In this document: piece by piece, positions 35,352 to 47,300 of the stretch
How positions within the stretch are numbered: position 1 is the first letter of the stretch
Layout of the letters: each line of letters starts with the position of its first letter
From: Paragordius varius
Lineage: Eukaryota > Animalia > Nematomorpha
Length of the DNA: 64,000 bases
Reading direction: 5' to 3'
NCBI GenBank assembly: GCA_964247055.1
Contig: OZ176055.1
Span: 4,216,001 to 4,280,000 of the forward strand
Translations under genes and position numbers: made by a program
Notes under the pieces: generated by a model
Told to the model about the DNA's origin: nothing
Databases searched by the model: none
The model's input: only the letters and a program-made list of their open reading frames with translations

Positions 35352-38300
35352 TTATCCTTTGATGACGGCTATCGGGCGTAATTTTACACATTTTTTACTG
35401 ATCCCTACGGCATGACCTATAATGTACATTATTAAATAAATAATAACTTAAATAATATTAATAAATTTTAACATAAAAGGCAATGTAATCGATTCGGCTT
35501 TATTTAAATATATTGCAAACTCTCTAGATAGACTAATGTTTCTTAATATTTTTTGGGCTGAAATTTAAACCAAATAATTTCACATACAAAATATAAACAG
35601 CATAACTTAATCAAAAATAAATTTTTAAAAATTTCATTTTTCATAATTTTTTGTCTTTCGATATGAAAAAATATAATACTGGCATAAATTTAGGTTAAAA
35701 AAAATATATATATAAAGCTTACATGTATTTACGACGTCGGTAACATTTTTGTATGATTCAGGCGCCTATGAAATATAAAAAATTTGGAATAAAAAATGTA
35801 AAAATTATCAAGGCATAAGAAATAAAATATAGATTCTACTTGAAATATCTTTTATAAAGTGTATTTATGAATTGTAATTAAACAAATTTTTTAACAAATA
35901 TTGCGTTAAAAATTATTGTTTTAAAAAAATAGTGTAGTAATTCTTTTATCGTAACATAATATGAAAATATATATAGACTTGGTCAATGTACGATTAATAT
36001 AAAAATTTATTTTATAAAATTGTGTAAAAATAAAATTTGAATATATCATTCTCAACGGTAAAAAAAGCCAAATTAAAAAACAATCTGATATTAATTGATC
36101 ATCATCAAAACATCCATTATATTTCGAGACATATGATAAAAAAATAAAAATTAATCCCAGATTGTTTTATAGTTTAGTTTGTTTTTTACAGGGAATATTC
36201 TTATTTATTGGAATTTTATTTTCACACAATTTTATAAAATAATATAAATAAGCAAAATACCTCTTCCATAACTAATTTAAGGGAAGCGACTCTGATTGAA
36301 ATGTTCATTTCTTTAAGTTTATTAAGGACCTGTTGATAATCTAAATTTCTTCGTGATTTCGCCCGGGATAATGCACGACCCTATCGAGCGTAATAGTGGT
36401 TTATTATTAGCCATATTTAAAATATATATATTAGTTTTTATCTTTTTACCATTTTATCATTACCAAAATGATAAATATTTGAAATTATATATACATATAC
36501 AAAGCGTAAAAACTATGAGACAAATATTTTGTTTACAAAGATGTTCCATATTTTTTAAAACTTGATTTTTTTAGTATAACCTAATGTTTTGGGTAGCAAA
36601 ATAAAAAATTATAATCACACAAAAGTTATATAGAAAAAAAGGTTTGCAGTATAACTGTAAAAAAAATATCTGTTTAGTACAGTTTAGTAATATAATGTTT
36701 TAACCGTAATACATAAATGTTTGATAATAATTTGAAAAAAATATTTATTTTATGAGAAAAAAATATTTACCGCTCCGTGGCAAGTTGTACCGAAAGTTTG
36801 AGACATGCCTGTTTCTGTACCTGTTAATACATAACTGCAAGTTCCCATAGTACCACCAATAAGAACTGGTTGGCCAGTTAACTGTAAAGGATTGAAATTG
36901 TTTATAAAATTATAAAACTTTAATTTTATGCAAAAACAATAACGTCTTTGGGAAAGTGTCTTATAATGTGATAAATTTTGATTTCGATTGATAATAAATA
37001 AAAAAATGCAAATACATGTCGAATGTATTGTAAAAATATCAATTTAAAAATTTCTTTGTGAGAAGTATTGCCCTTCTTGAACCATTTCAAAACCAAAAAA
37101 TATCTTGCATTTAATATGGATGTTCCAAATAGTTAAAAAATATTTTATAATCTTACCTTTTTTCAATTTTTGATTCGATGTAAATTTATTTTTTGATCCA
37201 CAAATGATCTAATATTTTTAAATAAAAAAATAATCGCCTACACACGTCATTTTTAACCATAAAGGGATGTATTAGCAAAAAACATAGAACCGAAACGGAA
37301 TTATTTATTTTGATGACAAATTCTAAACCATTTATTTATAAAAATTATTTAGACACGGACCAAACCAATAATTTTAAAGCCAGAATTCCGGTTTTTTACC
37401 CAATATTAATATTAAAAAGGTGGCAAACAAACGCATCTTATTAATTCTGTGAGAAAATTCTAACTTAGATGACAAACCCACTCACCTGATAATCAACCGG
37501 GATCAAGGGATGTCCAGGTGGAAAGGCTCGAGTTGAACCCTTCCTATGAACCAAAAGGGTTCGCAAACGCCCATCCACAACATGTTCTTCAACTTTGGCA
37601 ATATTATGGCTTACATCATATATGAGATGCATATCCAAATCATCGGGTGTTGATTTAAAAACTTTGGCAAATGCCTAACCATATGTTATGATGAGTATGT
37701 ATAAGTGTTTAACAGAATTTATACATATAATATGGGTTGAATATTTATAAATTATCATAAAATTACGTTTTTCACCTGCAAAATGATATTTTTCAAAACT
37801 TTCTGAATATTAATAATACTGCCACTCAAAATATGTTAGCTGAACAGTTTAGATTCGACTATGTATATTCAGGTCATATTTGGCATAAATAAAAAATAAA
37901 TTTTAATTTATAATATCAATTAAAAAATATAATTTCTCGTTAATTTTAGATTAACTTCATATATCATCAAATTTTTGTAAAGGGGAAGTTAATAAACTGG
38001 GCAGCCAAGAGACTAACTAAACTCGCTGACAGACATAATTACGCATTCACACGCATAGTTCAAAAGAACTTACTCACGCTTTCATCACTTCTAAACCATA
38101 CCAATCAAAACCAAATCTCAGCATAATAATTATGATTAAGATCAAATTTATAAACCTGTCGCGTAAGAAAAGTCATAGTTGCCCGATTGACCCAAGCAAA
38201 ATTAGCCGCGGCCGCCATGGCCTTTAAATAATTTTGTCCTTCTTTGGATGTTATACGGGCACAGGCTAATTGTCTATCATTCACTTCAATTCGATCCCTT

Positions 38301-41300
38301 TTCATAGCTTTTTCCATTTCAACTAGGGCATCTATTTTAAGTTATATGTAATAAATAAAAATAAAGTGCTTTCTAAAATTCTAACTCTTTAATGAACTAA
38401 CACCTTAATAAATAAAGAATCCCCTTAATTTTAAAGAGGTAAATAATTTTTAGATAGGTCAAAGTTTGCATTCTTCATTATTAGATTCATACTCCAATTA
38501 TGTTGATAAAAGTTAAGTCATCCCCTTGATAAATCTCTTATTTTAATTAACTCTCTCCATCTTAATGCTAATTAGTAAACAAATATGAAAATAAAATCTT
38601 TTGACATTATATTAGAATCCTAATAATTTCTTGTTATACCAGTGGCTACTTGATGTCCAAAACCACGAGATCCACTATGAATCATGACACATACTTGATT
38701 AAGTTCATCAATTCCCATTTTAGCGGCAGCAAACGGATCAAAAATTTCTTCGACCACTTGTATTTCGGCATAATGATTCCCAGCTCCTAAAGTACCAAGC
38801 TTTACATAAATATATTTTTTTAATTAGTTGTTTTTTATTAAACGTTTTACAAAAAAATTACACCTTTTTTTATTGTATATACCAAAAGTAGCCAACCATT
38901 TTTCCCGTGGGCTATTTTTGGGAAAAAATTTCAATTTCTCGCGGGCACGCATAAATATTAGTTATTAAAAAATTCATTAATCACTTTAACACAAATATAT
39001 ATCTCTATATAGGGATTGGGGTGACTAGCACAGGCTATTTTAAAAAAAAAATATAAAAATAATTATTTTTGAGTAGTTATTTTTATATAAAATCTTAATT
39101 TTATCAAAGTACTATTGCGATGATTCAGAAGACCTTTGTTTGACACAATTAGTACACATACTTTAAATTTACAATGGATAATTAACTCTACATCTTGCGA
39201 CGAAGTTTAGATGATTGAAGTAAAAAATAGATTTGTAGTTCTTGGCAAAGATCTTTATATTTTACCTAATTTTATGGATTACTGCATACCAGGTTTTAAA
39301 TAATGGACATGTGCTTCAAGATGATAAATGCCATCAAATCGAAAAAAGTATCGTGCCGCTGGTTTATACGATGTAAAATGGTTAAGCCGTGCTGCATTAT
39401 AAAGATTTAGACAATTTTTACTACGAATTTATCTATTACAGAGGAAAAATTATTCATATCCACAATTAAAAAATCTAAAATCGCTTCTAAATCTTGCTTT
39501 TTGATGTATATCTCAAAAAATTGCACATAAATCAATTATAAAACAGTGAATTAAAACATTTGTAATCTATTTTAATTAAAAAAAGATTTTTGACAATAAC
39601 TAGAATACATTGCAATGTTTTTCCGTTTGATAAGATGTTGAATGTAAAACCAAAATACTCAACCATCTTCTTAAATTGTGGATTTGGATGTAGAATAAAT
39701 TAGGCAATTAACTAATAAACATTTGGAATGAGGAAACACTTGGTGTTTGTTTAAAAAAATATTTAAGAAGATTGAGTATGCCATAATTCAGAAATTGCGT
39801 TCATATGAAGTCATTGCAATTCTCAGGCAGGATTCCAAATGTTTATTTAATCGTGATCTCTGTTTAATTTTAATAACAGTCATATAAGAAAAAGCCGATT
39901 AACATAAATATGTGGATCCAAAAAAAAATTAAAAAGTGCAGCAATTATCCAAATATGTGGGTATTTATCTTTATTTATCTATATATTCTCTAATGCTAAT
40001 AATTTAAAGCTAATGTCGCATTTAATATTTATTATTTCTTCCACCAAATCTCGTAAATGTTTAATCTCAAGAAAACGGTTGACTTTTTTTCGCTATATCT
40101 TCCACATCAATATTATCATTAAACGGACATGATGTAAATGGCATTTACGAGTTTATTTTTTGATGAAAATCTTTTTTCAAAATAATTATTAAGAAGCGCG
40201 ATTTCATCGAAATATCATTAGTAGAATTTTTATTTTCGGATTCCTCTGTCAGATTAGGATGTTTTAAATCATGACTTTTTAATCGATTTGCAAATATTGT
40301 TAGCTTGTCTTTGAAGGATTTCAATTACTCATGATATCTATAATTGTTTAATTTTTCCCTTATGATTGAAAATTAATTTGTGCAATTTTTCTGTGATAGC
40401 GCACAAAAACGCAAGATCAAGAAGCCATGTTCTTTTAATTGTGGAGAAAGATTTTCTTCCCTAAAAAAGATGTATTTGTGGCAAAAGTTTGCTGAATCTT
40501 ACACAAAATGCGGCATGACTTAACCATCTTACATCTATGAAGTAAAAGTTCACCATGTTCAATATCACTCGTTTAAAAGAATCGAAACTCTCTAGATAGA
40601 CCTTTTGCCGAATTTACTATTTTAAAGCATAATCCATTATGTGCTTATATTTAAAAAATTTAAAACATAAAGCCTGAATATGTATTATGCAATGAGAATT
40701 AATAAAATCTGGAAAATCGTTATGAGATTTGCAAAGAGCCACGAACCCATTATTTACTCCAATCATCGCTGGAGCTCCGTCGGTTGTTATGGATACCAGC
40801 TTCAAAATCGGTAAATTTGTAACACTAACATAATTAATAAATGAATCAAATTTATTCTACCCCCTGGTCTGTTCTTGCCAGGGACAGTCAATAATTCCTC
40901 TGTGGCTGACATGTCATAGAAAACCATGCGAATAAAAACGCATAATTCCGACGTAATCATAAGACTCGTCCATTTGAAGCGAAAAATAAACTCAAGATTA
41001 AATATTATCAACCAAAATTTCGGTAAAAAATACTGATTATGATCATCACCTCTGCGCATTATTGTATTTCTAGATAAAGCTAGGTTTTGGTTATTTTCAA
41101 AATATTCTTTTCATAATTATCAAACGGCACTTCAGAAGCTTTGATAAAAGCTTCTTTCCATATTTCCCCGTTCTGGAAAAATTTGTTGCTTTTTATTAGG
41201 ATTTCTGATATTTTGTAAGACGCAATTATGGATTTTTTTTTGATTTTTGCTGTATTTCAAAAGACACTGTTAATGTGTATTTAGTTGCTCTTTTAACATC

Positions 41301-44300
41301 TTAATTTTTGATTTGCAAATTTCTAAATTATATTTCTGATAGTTCATGTGATGTCTTTGGGCATTTGCATATTTGAGCAAAGCCACAGGTAAAATTGCAT
41401 ATCAAACAAGTACATTTATCATTATTCATTCCATCCATCCATCCATTCATTTTAGGTCCCAGGGTATCTGGGGTTTCCATGCACCAACTTCCTGAACAAT
41501 GTCCTATCAAAGACTTGTTCGTGTTCAATATTGAAGTGTGATAGATCCTGGGTCAGCTGTTTGGACCATGTGAGCTTAGGGCGGCCTTTTCTGTTTGGGC
41601 CGGGTATATTTAAATGTTGTATTTTTTGGACCCAGTTATCGGAATTCATACGTTGAATATGTCCGTAATATCGCAATCGATTGCGCTGGATGAATAAAGC
41701 TATGGGTTCATCTTCTTCTATGGTATTATCAAAATTATTGTTGCAGATTTTGAGCATGTGATTTTCAGCTCTAGTAAGTCTATTTAGGTCTGTTGCTGTA
41801 AGGGCCCAGGTTTCTGTAGCGTATGTCATAGCTGGTCTTATTCCCATTTTGTAAATCTTTATCTTGTGATTCGATTTGATATATTTATTAGTTAAAATAT
41901 ATTTTAATTGATTGAATTTGGCCCATCCTTGTCTGATTCTATGAGAAATGGCATCCCTCAAAGAACCATCAGATGCTATATAATCGCCCAGATATGGGAA
42001 AGATGTTACCACTTCTAGTTTATCTCCATTAAAGTTTATAGTACGTGGATTTGATATTGGCTGTGGTATTGATGAAGCACATGGTGTGCAGATGAAATTA
42101 TTATTATTAATTAACTTTCCTTTTATGTTGGAACATTTTTTATGGACCCAATTTCTACATTTTGTACAACAAAGTGAGTTTAGTTTTACCTCAGTGGAGC
42201 ACACTGGGCATGGGAACTTTATAGTTTTATGTTCATCTCCTGTGATTAGAATTTTAGTTTTGTTTGTATTGATTTTAAGACCGTATTTATGTAATTGTTT
42301 TGACCATATAAGATATTTATTTTCGAGTATTGGAATATCTTCTGCAGTGATTATGAGGTCGTCTGCATAAAGAATTTCATAAGGCAGACCTTCTCTCATA
42401 TCTTTTGTTATGTAATCAATTATAGCTATAAAAAGAAGTGGGCTAAGGACAGATCCCTGATGTAGCCCAGTATTTATACTAAAATACTCTGAATTCCCAA
42501 CAGGAGTAAGAACACAACTGATTGAGTTAGTGTAGATTAACATAATTAACTTAATGGTATATTCATCTACGTTGTTGTAGCGCAGTGATTCTATTATTAG
42601 TGCTCTAGGTACTGAGTCGTAAGCCTTTTCTAAATCGACAAAAAGGTGGAATAGTTTACGACCTTTTGCTCGGTATTTATCTTGTAATTGTCTGAGTAGG
42701 AAAATTGGATCGATTGTGCTTTTGCCCGCTGAAAAGGCGAATTGCATTGGATTAATTGATATGAGCTGGACGATACGATTTTTGAGGCACATTTCAAAAA
42801 TTTTTAACCCATGTTCAAGAAGTTTTAAGGGCCTGTATGAGGAACAGGTTAAGATATCTCCTTTATTTTTGAAAATGGGAAATATAATGCTTTTTTCCCA
42901 GTCTTTGGGTATTTTCATTTCAACTATTATTTTGTTAAATAAATTTGTTAGAAGCATGGTTATATTGGGTATTAATTTAATGATATCAAAACATAGTTCA
43001 CTAGGGCCCGAAGCCTTGTTTGATTTCATTTGGTCTAAAGCAATCTCAATTTCTTGTATTGTGAATGTATTTAATGGGCCACAACAGGGATCTAGGTCAG
43101 AATTTATTATAGGTGTTAAAGGGTTGTTTAGATTTTGCTCCATATATTTTTGCCATATCGATTTAATTAATTCTGGTTGTATTTGTAAATTATTATTATT
43201 ATCTTTTATACATTTAATCGTTGGTATATCTTTTTTGTTATTATTGTAAAGTTTCATATGTTTAAAAATTTTATTATTTTGGATTTCCTTTTCCAATTTA
43301 TCGGCAGTATCTTTAGCCTTTTCATTCATTAATTTATTAATTTCCTTTTGAACCTTTTTGTTGTATTTATAATAATCAGTTTTGTCGTTTTCTGTTTTCG
43401 ATTTCTTCCATTTTTTATACAAACGCGCCTTTTCTTTAAGTAATGGCTTAATTGCATCGTCCCACCACCATTTCTTTTGGGCTTTGCTCTTTCTTCTACC
43501 ACACCATTTTTCTACATTTTCAATCGTATTGCTTCTTAGACTTTGCCAGGAGTCTTCAACGACAAGATTATCAATGTTTAAGTTAAGCGACTTTTTGAAA
43601 TTATTCATTATATCAGGTTTTTTAAACTTGTGTATATTAAGTTTAGGTTTGGTTCTATGATTAAAAGGCCTTGAGTTAAATTTGAAAATTGATGTTAAAA
43701 CTTTATGCTGTGTTTCAGAGTTATAAGTGGTTGTATTTACCAGATATTTTCGAATGTGTTGACTAGTTAGGATGTAGTCTATTGTTGTATTATTATTGCC
43801 AGAAGTGTATGTAATCAGTTTATTTTTGCTTTTGGTGAATAAAGTGTTTGCTAACTGTAGTCGCTGAGCTGCACAGAATTCTAAGACATTTTCTCCTTCT
43901 TTGTCCCGATTATCGAAGTTGTATCCTCCATGTATACCAGAAAAACCTTCGCTGCTTCCAACATGTGCATTTAAATCTCCTCCAATCATTATACAGTCTG
44001 TTTCGGGTATATTGGAACATATTTGATAGAGCTGATCCCAAAAATCCAGCTTGCATTTATCGGGCAAGCCTTTTTGGGGTGCATATACGGAAATAATATT
44101 GAGGATCAATTTGTTGTATATCATTCTAGCTTGAATAATTCTATCACTGTGACGGGTCACGGTAATTAAGTTTTGTCGATGTGTTTCTTTCATCATTATA
44201 GCGACGCCAGATTGTCCTTTGTTCCCACCTTGGTATAGTAATGAATAACCATCAAAGTGTTTTATACCTGCATTTTTATATCGAGTTTCTTGTAAACAGC

Positions 44301-47222
44301 ATATGTTTAAATCTAAGTTTCGCACCGTATCTATTACCAGCCATTGCTTATTAACCATTGTCCCAACATTCCAAGAGCCAATTTTAAATGGTTCCGATAT
44401 AGATTTGAAGTTTTTATTTAGATTATTGTATCTTATTTTTATTTTTGGTTGTTCATTTGTACCTGGTTTATTTATTATTGTTTTAGAATTATTTTTATTT
44501 CTATTATTTATGTAATTTGTATTTATAGGTATACTAGCATTATCATAATATATATTATCATTTATATTAAAATTAAAATTTCGTTTTGAAATAGAGGTTT
44601 TATTATCATCAATCATTTTTGTAAGTCGTTTCTTCATGGTTTTGTAATTTGAGGCAAGGTTTTACGGATTATATGCCCTTATAAACCAACCCCTTTAACT
44701 CAGAGGTGAGGGTACCTTATTCGCTGCACCAGGCTAGAGAATGTCTAAAAAGACTACGATTTTCTCAAATCGACCTCCTCCGTTGGCCTTACACATCGTG
44801 TAAGTTTCCAGACATCACCACGTGGAGGTGGAGGTAGGATTAAAAAAATAGCTATCCTCCCACTCGCTTTATAATAATATTTTTTCTGGCATAAATTTTT
44901 AATCAAACTTATATTGTAAATATTTTCACAGAAAATCACACATGATTTAAAGTTTAAATAAAATACATATAATTAAAAAATATATTAATATAATAATAAA
45001 TTAAGTTAGTTAAATATAGATTTTTGCTAACAGGTAAATTTTTTCAAACACATATACAAATAAATAATTTTGTGAAAAAAAAATTCCATGCAAAAATATT
45101 TTTTTTATTTTTTAAAAAAATTTTAGGCGGGCACGTTTTGGAATATCGCGGGCATGAAACCGACCGCGGTCTACCGTTCGGCCACCCCTGGTATATTCAG
45201 TAAAAATTAATATTACAAAGACAAAGGGTAAAAACAAGGAATAGTCACGTTTTTAGAAAATACTATATTACATTTGTATTTAGGTTATATTAAAAACTCA
45301 AGTGTTAAAAAATATTGAATCCCTTTATAAAAAGTATTTGTCATTTAGTTATACTTTTCTTTAGGTAAATTTTAATGGTAATTAAAGTTTCTCATATATA
45401 ATTATCACAAAAATATAAAAAAAATTATAAATTAAGGGAAAAAAATGTGCAAATATACCTGTGGAAGTCCACGTTTTTTGGCCCGAGAACTAACGCAATT
45501 GGGATCGGCTTGAAGCATTCTCCCATATTCTTCACAATGTTCTTTGTCTTCCGCCCATGCATAACCTTTTATCATAATTATTTATATCAATAATGATAAT
45601 TTATTTTTGCAAAAACAATATTTAATTACTTAAAATTTAGAACGAAAAAATTTTGTGATGGCTATATGCAATGTTTTATTCAAAATTTTCGGCGTTTTAA
45701 ACAAAACATAATAAAATCGAGAGTGCTTAAAACATATTAATGATAATTTAAAGCGATTAAAACGAAATTAGACATCTCCTCTTAAATTTGTAATACATAA
45801 AACCGAGCGTTAAAAATTAGTTTACAGAAAACAGAATAAATGATAATGAAAAAACTTTAAACAATATTATTTATCCAATCTTAACGGTGTTGTAAAGTGG
45901 TTTAATTATCACTTTTTTAATCAATAAGTTGTTAATTAATAAATTTAATAATATATATAAAAACCTTCTCTAAGTGACCAGTCTATACCCATTTCAAGCG
46001 CCTCATCCAAATCCCTAAAAATATGTTTTTGTTAAAAGGTTACAAAAAGCTTAGTTAAAAAGTGTGAAAACACTAAAATTTAAAATAATGATTATAAATT
46101 ACCTGGCACCCATTGGAATAATTCCTTTTGAACCAACTCCCACGGGAATATGGTCAAAAAGGCTTTGAGCCAATTTTTCTTTAACGGGAAGCACGTCATT
46201 TAACATTAAGTTCGTCCTTATTAGGCGTACACCACAATTTATATCGAACCCTACACCTCCTAATTATAATATAAAATTCCAAGTGATAAATAGTAGGGTT
46301 AGGTTTAATTGGTTAGGAATGCATGATCTAAGTGTGGCCGTGACCGCCAGTCAAAAACTTTTAAAAATATGTTCGCATAAAATTAAACAACCTCATTATC
46401 CTTAAACCCTGAGGACGTTTACAACAAAAATCGATACCGTGCTAGCATTCTGGGTACCTTGCACAACCGGAGGAAAATAAGTCAATGATGATGTTATAAA
46501 ATTAAAAAAGCATAAAAATTGTTATTTTAATATATTATCAATGTGCACTAAATTTTAACAAATATATTTTTAAATTTAAACCTATTAGACATTTTAACGG
46601 TTAACTTTTATTACGCTAATATTGCCTGCCATGAGTGACTGCATTCATAAGCAGTCCGACCTGTTATATTTCAACCGGTCAAAACTACACTCTAGTTAAT
46701 AGTGTACCTGGGGAAACTATTGAGTCTGGATCGTTCATATCAAAAGCAGCCATGTTGCCGATAGCAAATCCATACCCAGAATGGATATCGGGAAGCCCAA
46801 TAGAATTCTATAAAGTCATGGATTGGTTTTTATGCATAAAAAATAAGGCATAAAATTAATTTTTAAGCACTTATGCGGAAAAAAATATTTTTATTATACT
46901 TTAACGATTCCTGGCAAAGCGGCTACATTTGCTATTTGTTTGACTGCTGGTAGAAAACCTCCTGTCCCACCAAATTTACAATGTTGTTTTAATTCTTCAA
47001 ACATCAGTTTTTCCAAATGATCATTGATATAAAATATACCATCAACCTTGAAAATTGATAATTATACAATATATAATACTAAAATACATAAAAGTTGTGG
47101 TTAATTTTGAGAAATATTTAATTTAAAACCTTCATATTTGGGACGAATCCTTTTTTAATTTTCCATGTATTAACATTAAGTTTCTCCATGTATTTCTGCT
47201 CATCTTCGAAAGATCGGACCAT
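35352..47222 (-). CDS. RTCB: RNA-splicing ligase RtcB; 13 exons: 47222-47130, 47046-46900, 46807-46708, 46259-46103, 46014-45965, 45565-45459, 38799-38640, 38331-38156, 37674-37486, 36881-36771, 36380-36261, 35765-35723, 35416-35352
   Basis: Complete in-phase translation closely matching metazoan RTCB, including [46 protein letters not shown]. Confidence 0.98.
41452..44637 (-). CDS. RTE ORF: AP-endonuclease plus RT with a Cys-rich PHD-like insert (1061 aa, uninterrupted)
   Basis: [32 protein letters not shown]; [37 protein letters not shown]. Confidence 0.97.
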   Translation of the reverse strand: MKKRLTKMIDDNKTSISKRNFNFNINDNIYYDNASIPINTNYINNRNKNNSKTIINKPGTNEQPKIKIRYNNLNKNFKSISEPFKIGSWNVGTMVNKQWLVIDTVRNLDLNICCLQETRYKNAGIKHFDGYSLLYQGGNKGQSGVAIMMKETHRQNLITVTRHSDRIIQARMIYNKLILNIISVYAPQKGLPDKCKLDFWDQLYQICSNIPETDCIMIGGDLNAHVGSSEGFSGIHGGYNFDNRDKEGENVLEFCAAQRLQLANTLFTKSKNKLITYTSGNNNTTIDYILTSQHIRKYLVNTTTYNSETQHKVLTSIFKFNSRPFNHRTKPKLNIHKFKKPDIMNNFKKSLNLNIDNLVVEDSWQSLRSNTIENVEKWCGRRKSKAQKKWWWDDAIKPLLKEKARLYKKWKKSKTENDKTDYYKYNKKVQKEINKLMNEKAKDTADKLEKEIQNNKIFKHMKLYNNNKKDIPTIKCIKDNNNNLQIQPELIKSIWQKYMEQNLNNPLTPIINSDLDPCCGPLNTFTIQEIEIALDQMKSNKASGPSELCFDIIKLIPNITMLLTNLFNKIIVEMKIPKDWEKSIIFPIFKNKGDILTCSSYRPLKLLEHGLKIFEMCLKNRIVQLISINPMQFAFSAGKSTIDPIFLLRQLQDKYRAKGRKLFHLFVDLEKAYDSVPRALIIESLRYNNVDEYTIKLIMLIYTNSISCVLTPVGNSEYFSINTGLHQGSVLSPLLFIAIIDYITKDMREGLPYEILYADDLIITAEDIPILENKYLIWSKQLHKYGLKINTNKTKILITGDEHKTIKFPCPVCSTEVKLNSLCCTKCRNWVHKKCSNIKGKLINNNNFICTPCASSIPQPISNPRTINFNGDKLEVVTSFPYLGDYIASDGSLRDAISHRIRQGWAKFNQLKYILTNKYIKSNHKIKIYKMGIRPAMTYATETWALTATDLNRLTRAENHMLKICNNNFDNTIEEDEPIALFIQRNRLRYYGHIQRMNSDNWVQKIQHLNIPGPNRKGRPKLTWSKQLTQDLSHFNIEHEQVFDRTLFRKLVHGNPRYPGT
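44774..44857 (-). ncRNA. HDV-like self-cleaving ribozyme candidate in the RTE 5' leader
   Basis: Minus strand: P1 GGATAGC / GATGTCT (1 mismatch), P2 CCTCC / GGAGG, P3 ACC / GGT, L3 TCCACGT, P1.1 GG, P4 CTTACAC-gat-GTGTAAG, J4/2 GCCAA(C). Confidence 0.75.
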
Positions 47223-47300
47223 GCTTGCTTCAAATTTAAAAGTGTCTGATTTTATGACCTGATACGTTTCATAACATAGGTAAGCGTGTAACTTTTATTT
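47223..47300. promoter_or_regulatory. 78-bp head-to-head interval between RTCB and UFC1 start codons (putative bidirectional promoter)
   Basis: Divergent ATGs at 47222 (-) and 47301 (+); promoter function is inferred. Confidence 0.7.

Larger units (their letters stand above)
41425..44867 (-). mobile_element. Full-length RTE-clade LINE inserted in the N-terminal coding part of the hAT relic
   Basis: Single EN-RT ORF; stop followed at once by an ATGA/ATGG microsatellite tail (41425-41450); about 230-nt GC-richer 5' leader. Confidence 0.92.
38883..45190 (-). mobile_element. Degenerate hAT (Buster/Charlie/SPIN-like) transposon in RTCB intron 6, interrupted by an RTE LINE
   Basis: End at 45190 reads CAGGGGTGGCCGAAC on minus; decayed end CAAAAGTAGCCAACC at 38883; 8-bp flanks GTATATAC/GTATATTC (7/8 match). 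Transposase remnants [38 protein letters not shown]. Confidence 0.82.

Noticed and set aside
36261-36300. RTCB VASLKL instead of conserved VASPKL
   Set aside because: Single substitution outside the catalytic residues; may be polymorphism or base-call error.
35352-47222. RtcB as a bacterial or horizontally acquired RNA-repair locus
   Set aside because: 13 spliceosomal exons and a metazoan-type N-terminus identify the ordinary eukaryotic tRNA ligase.
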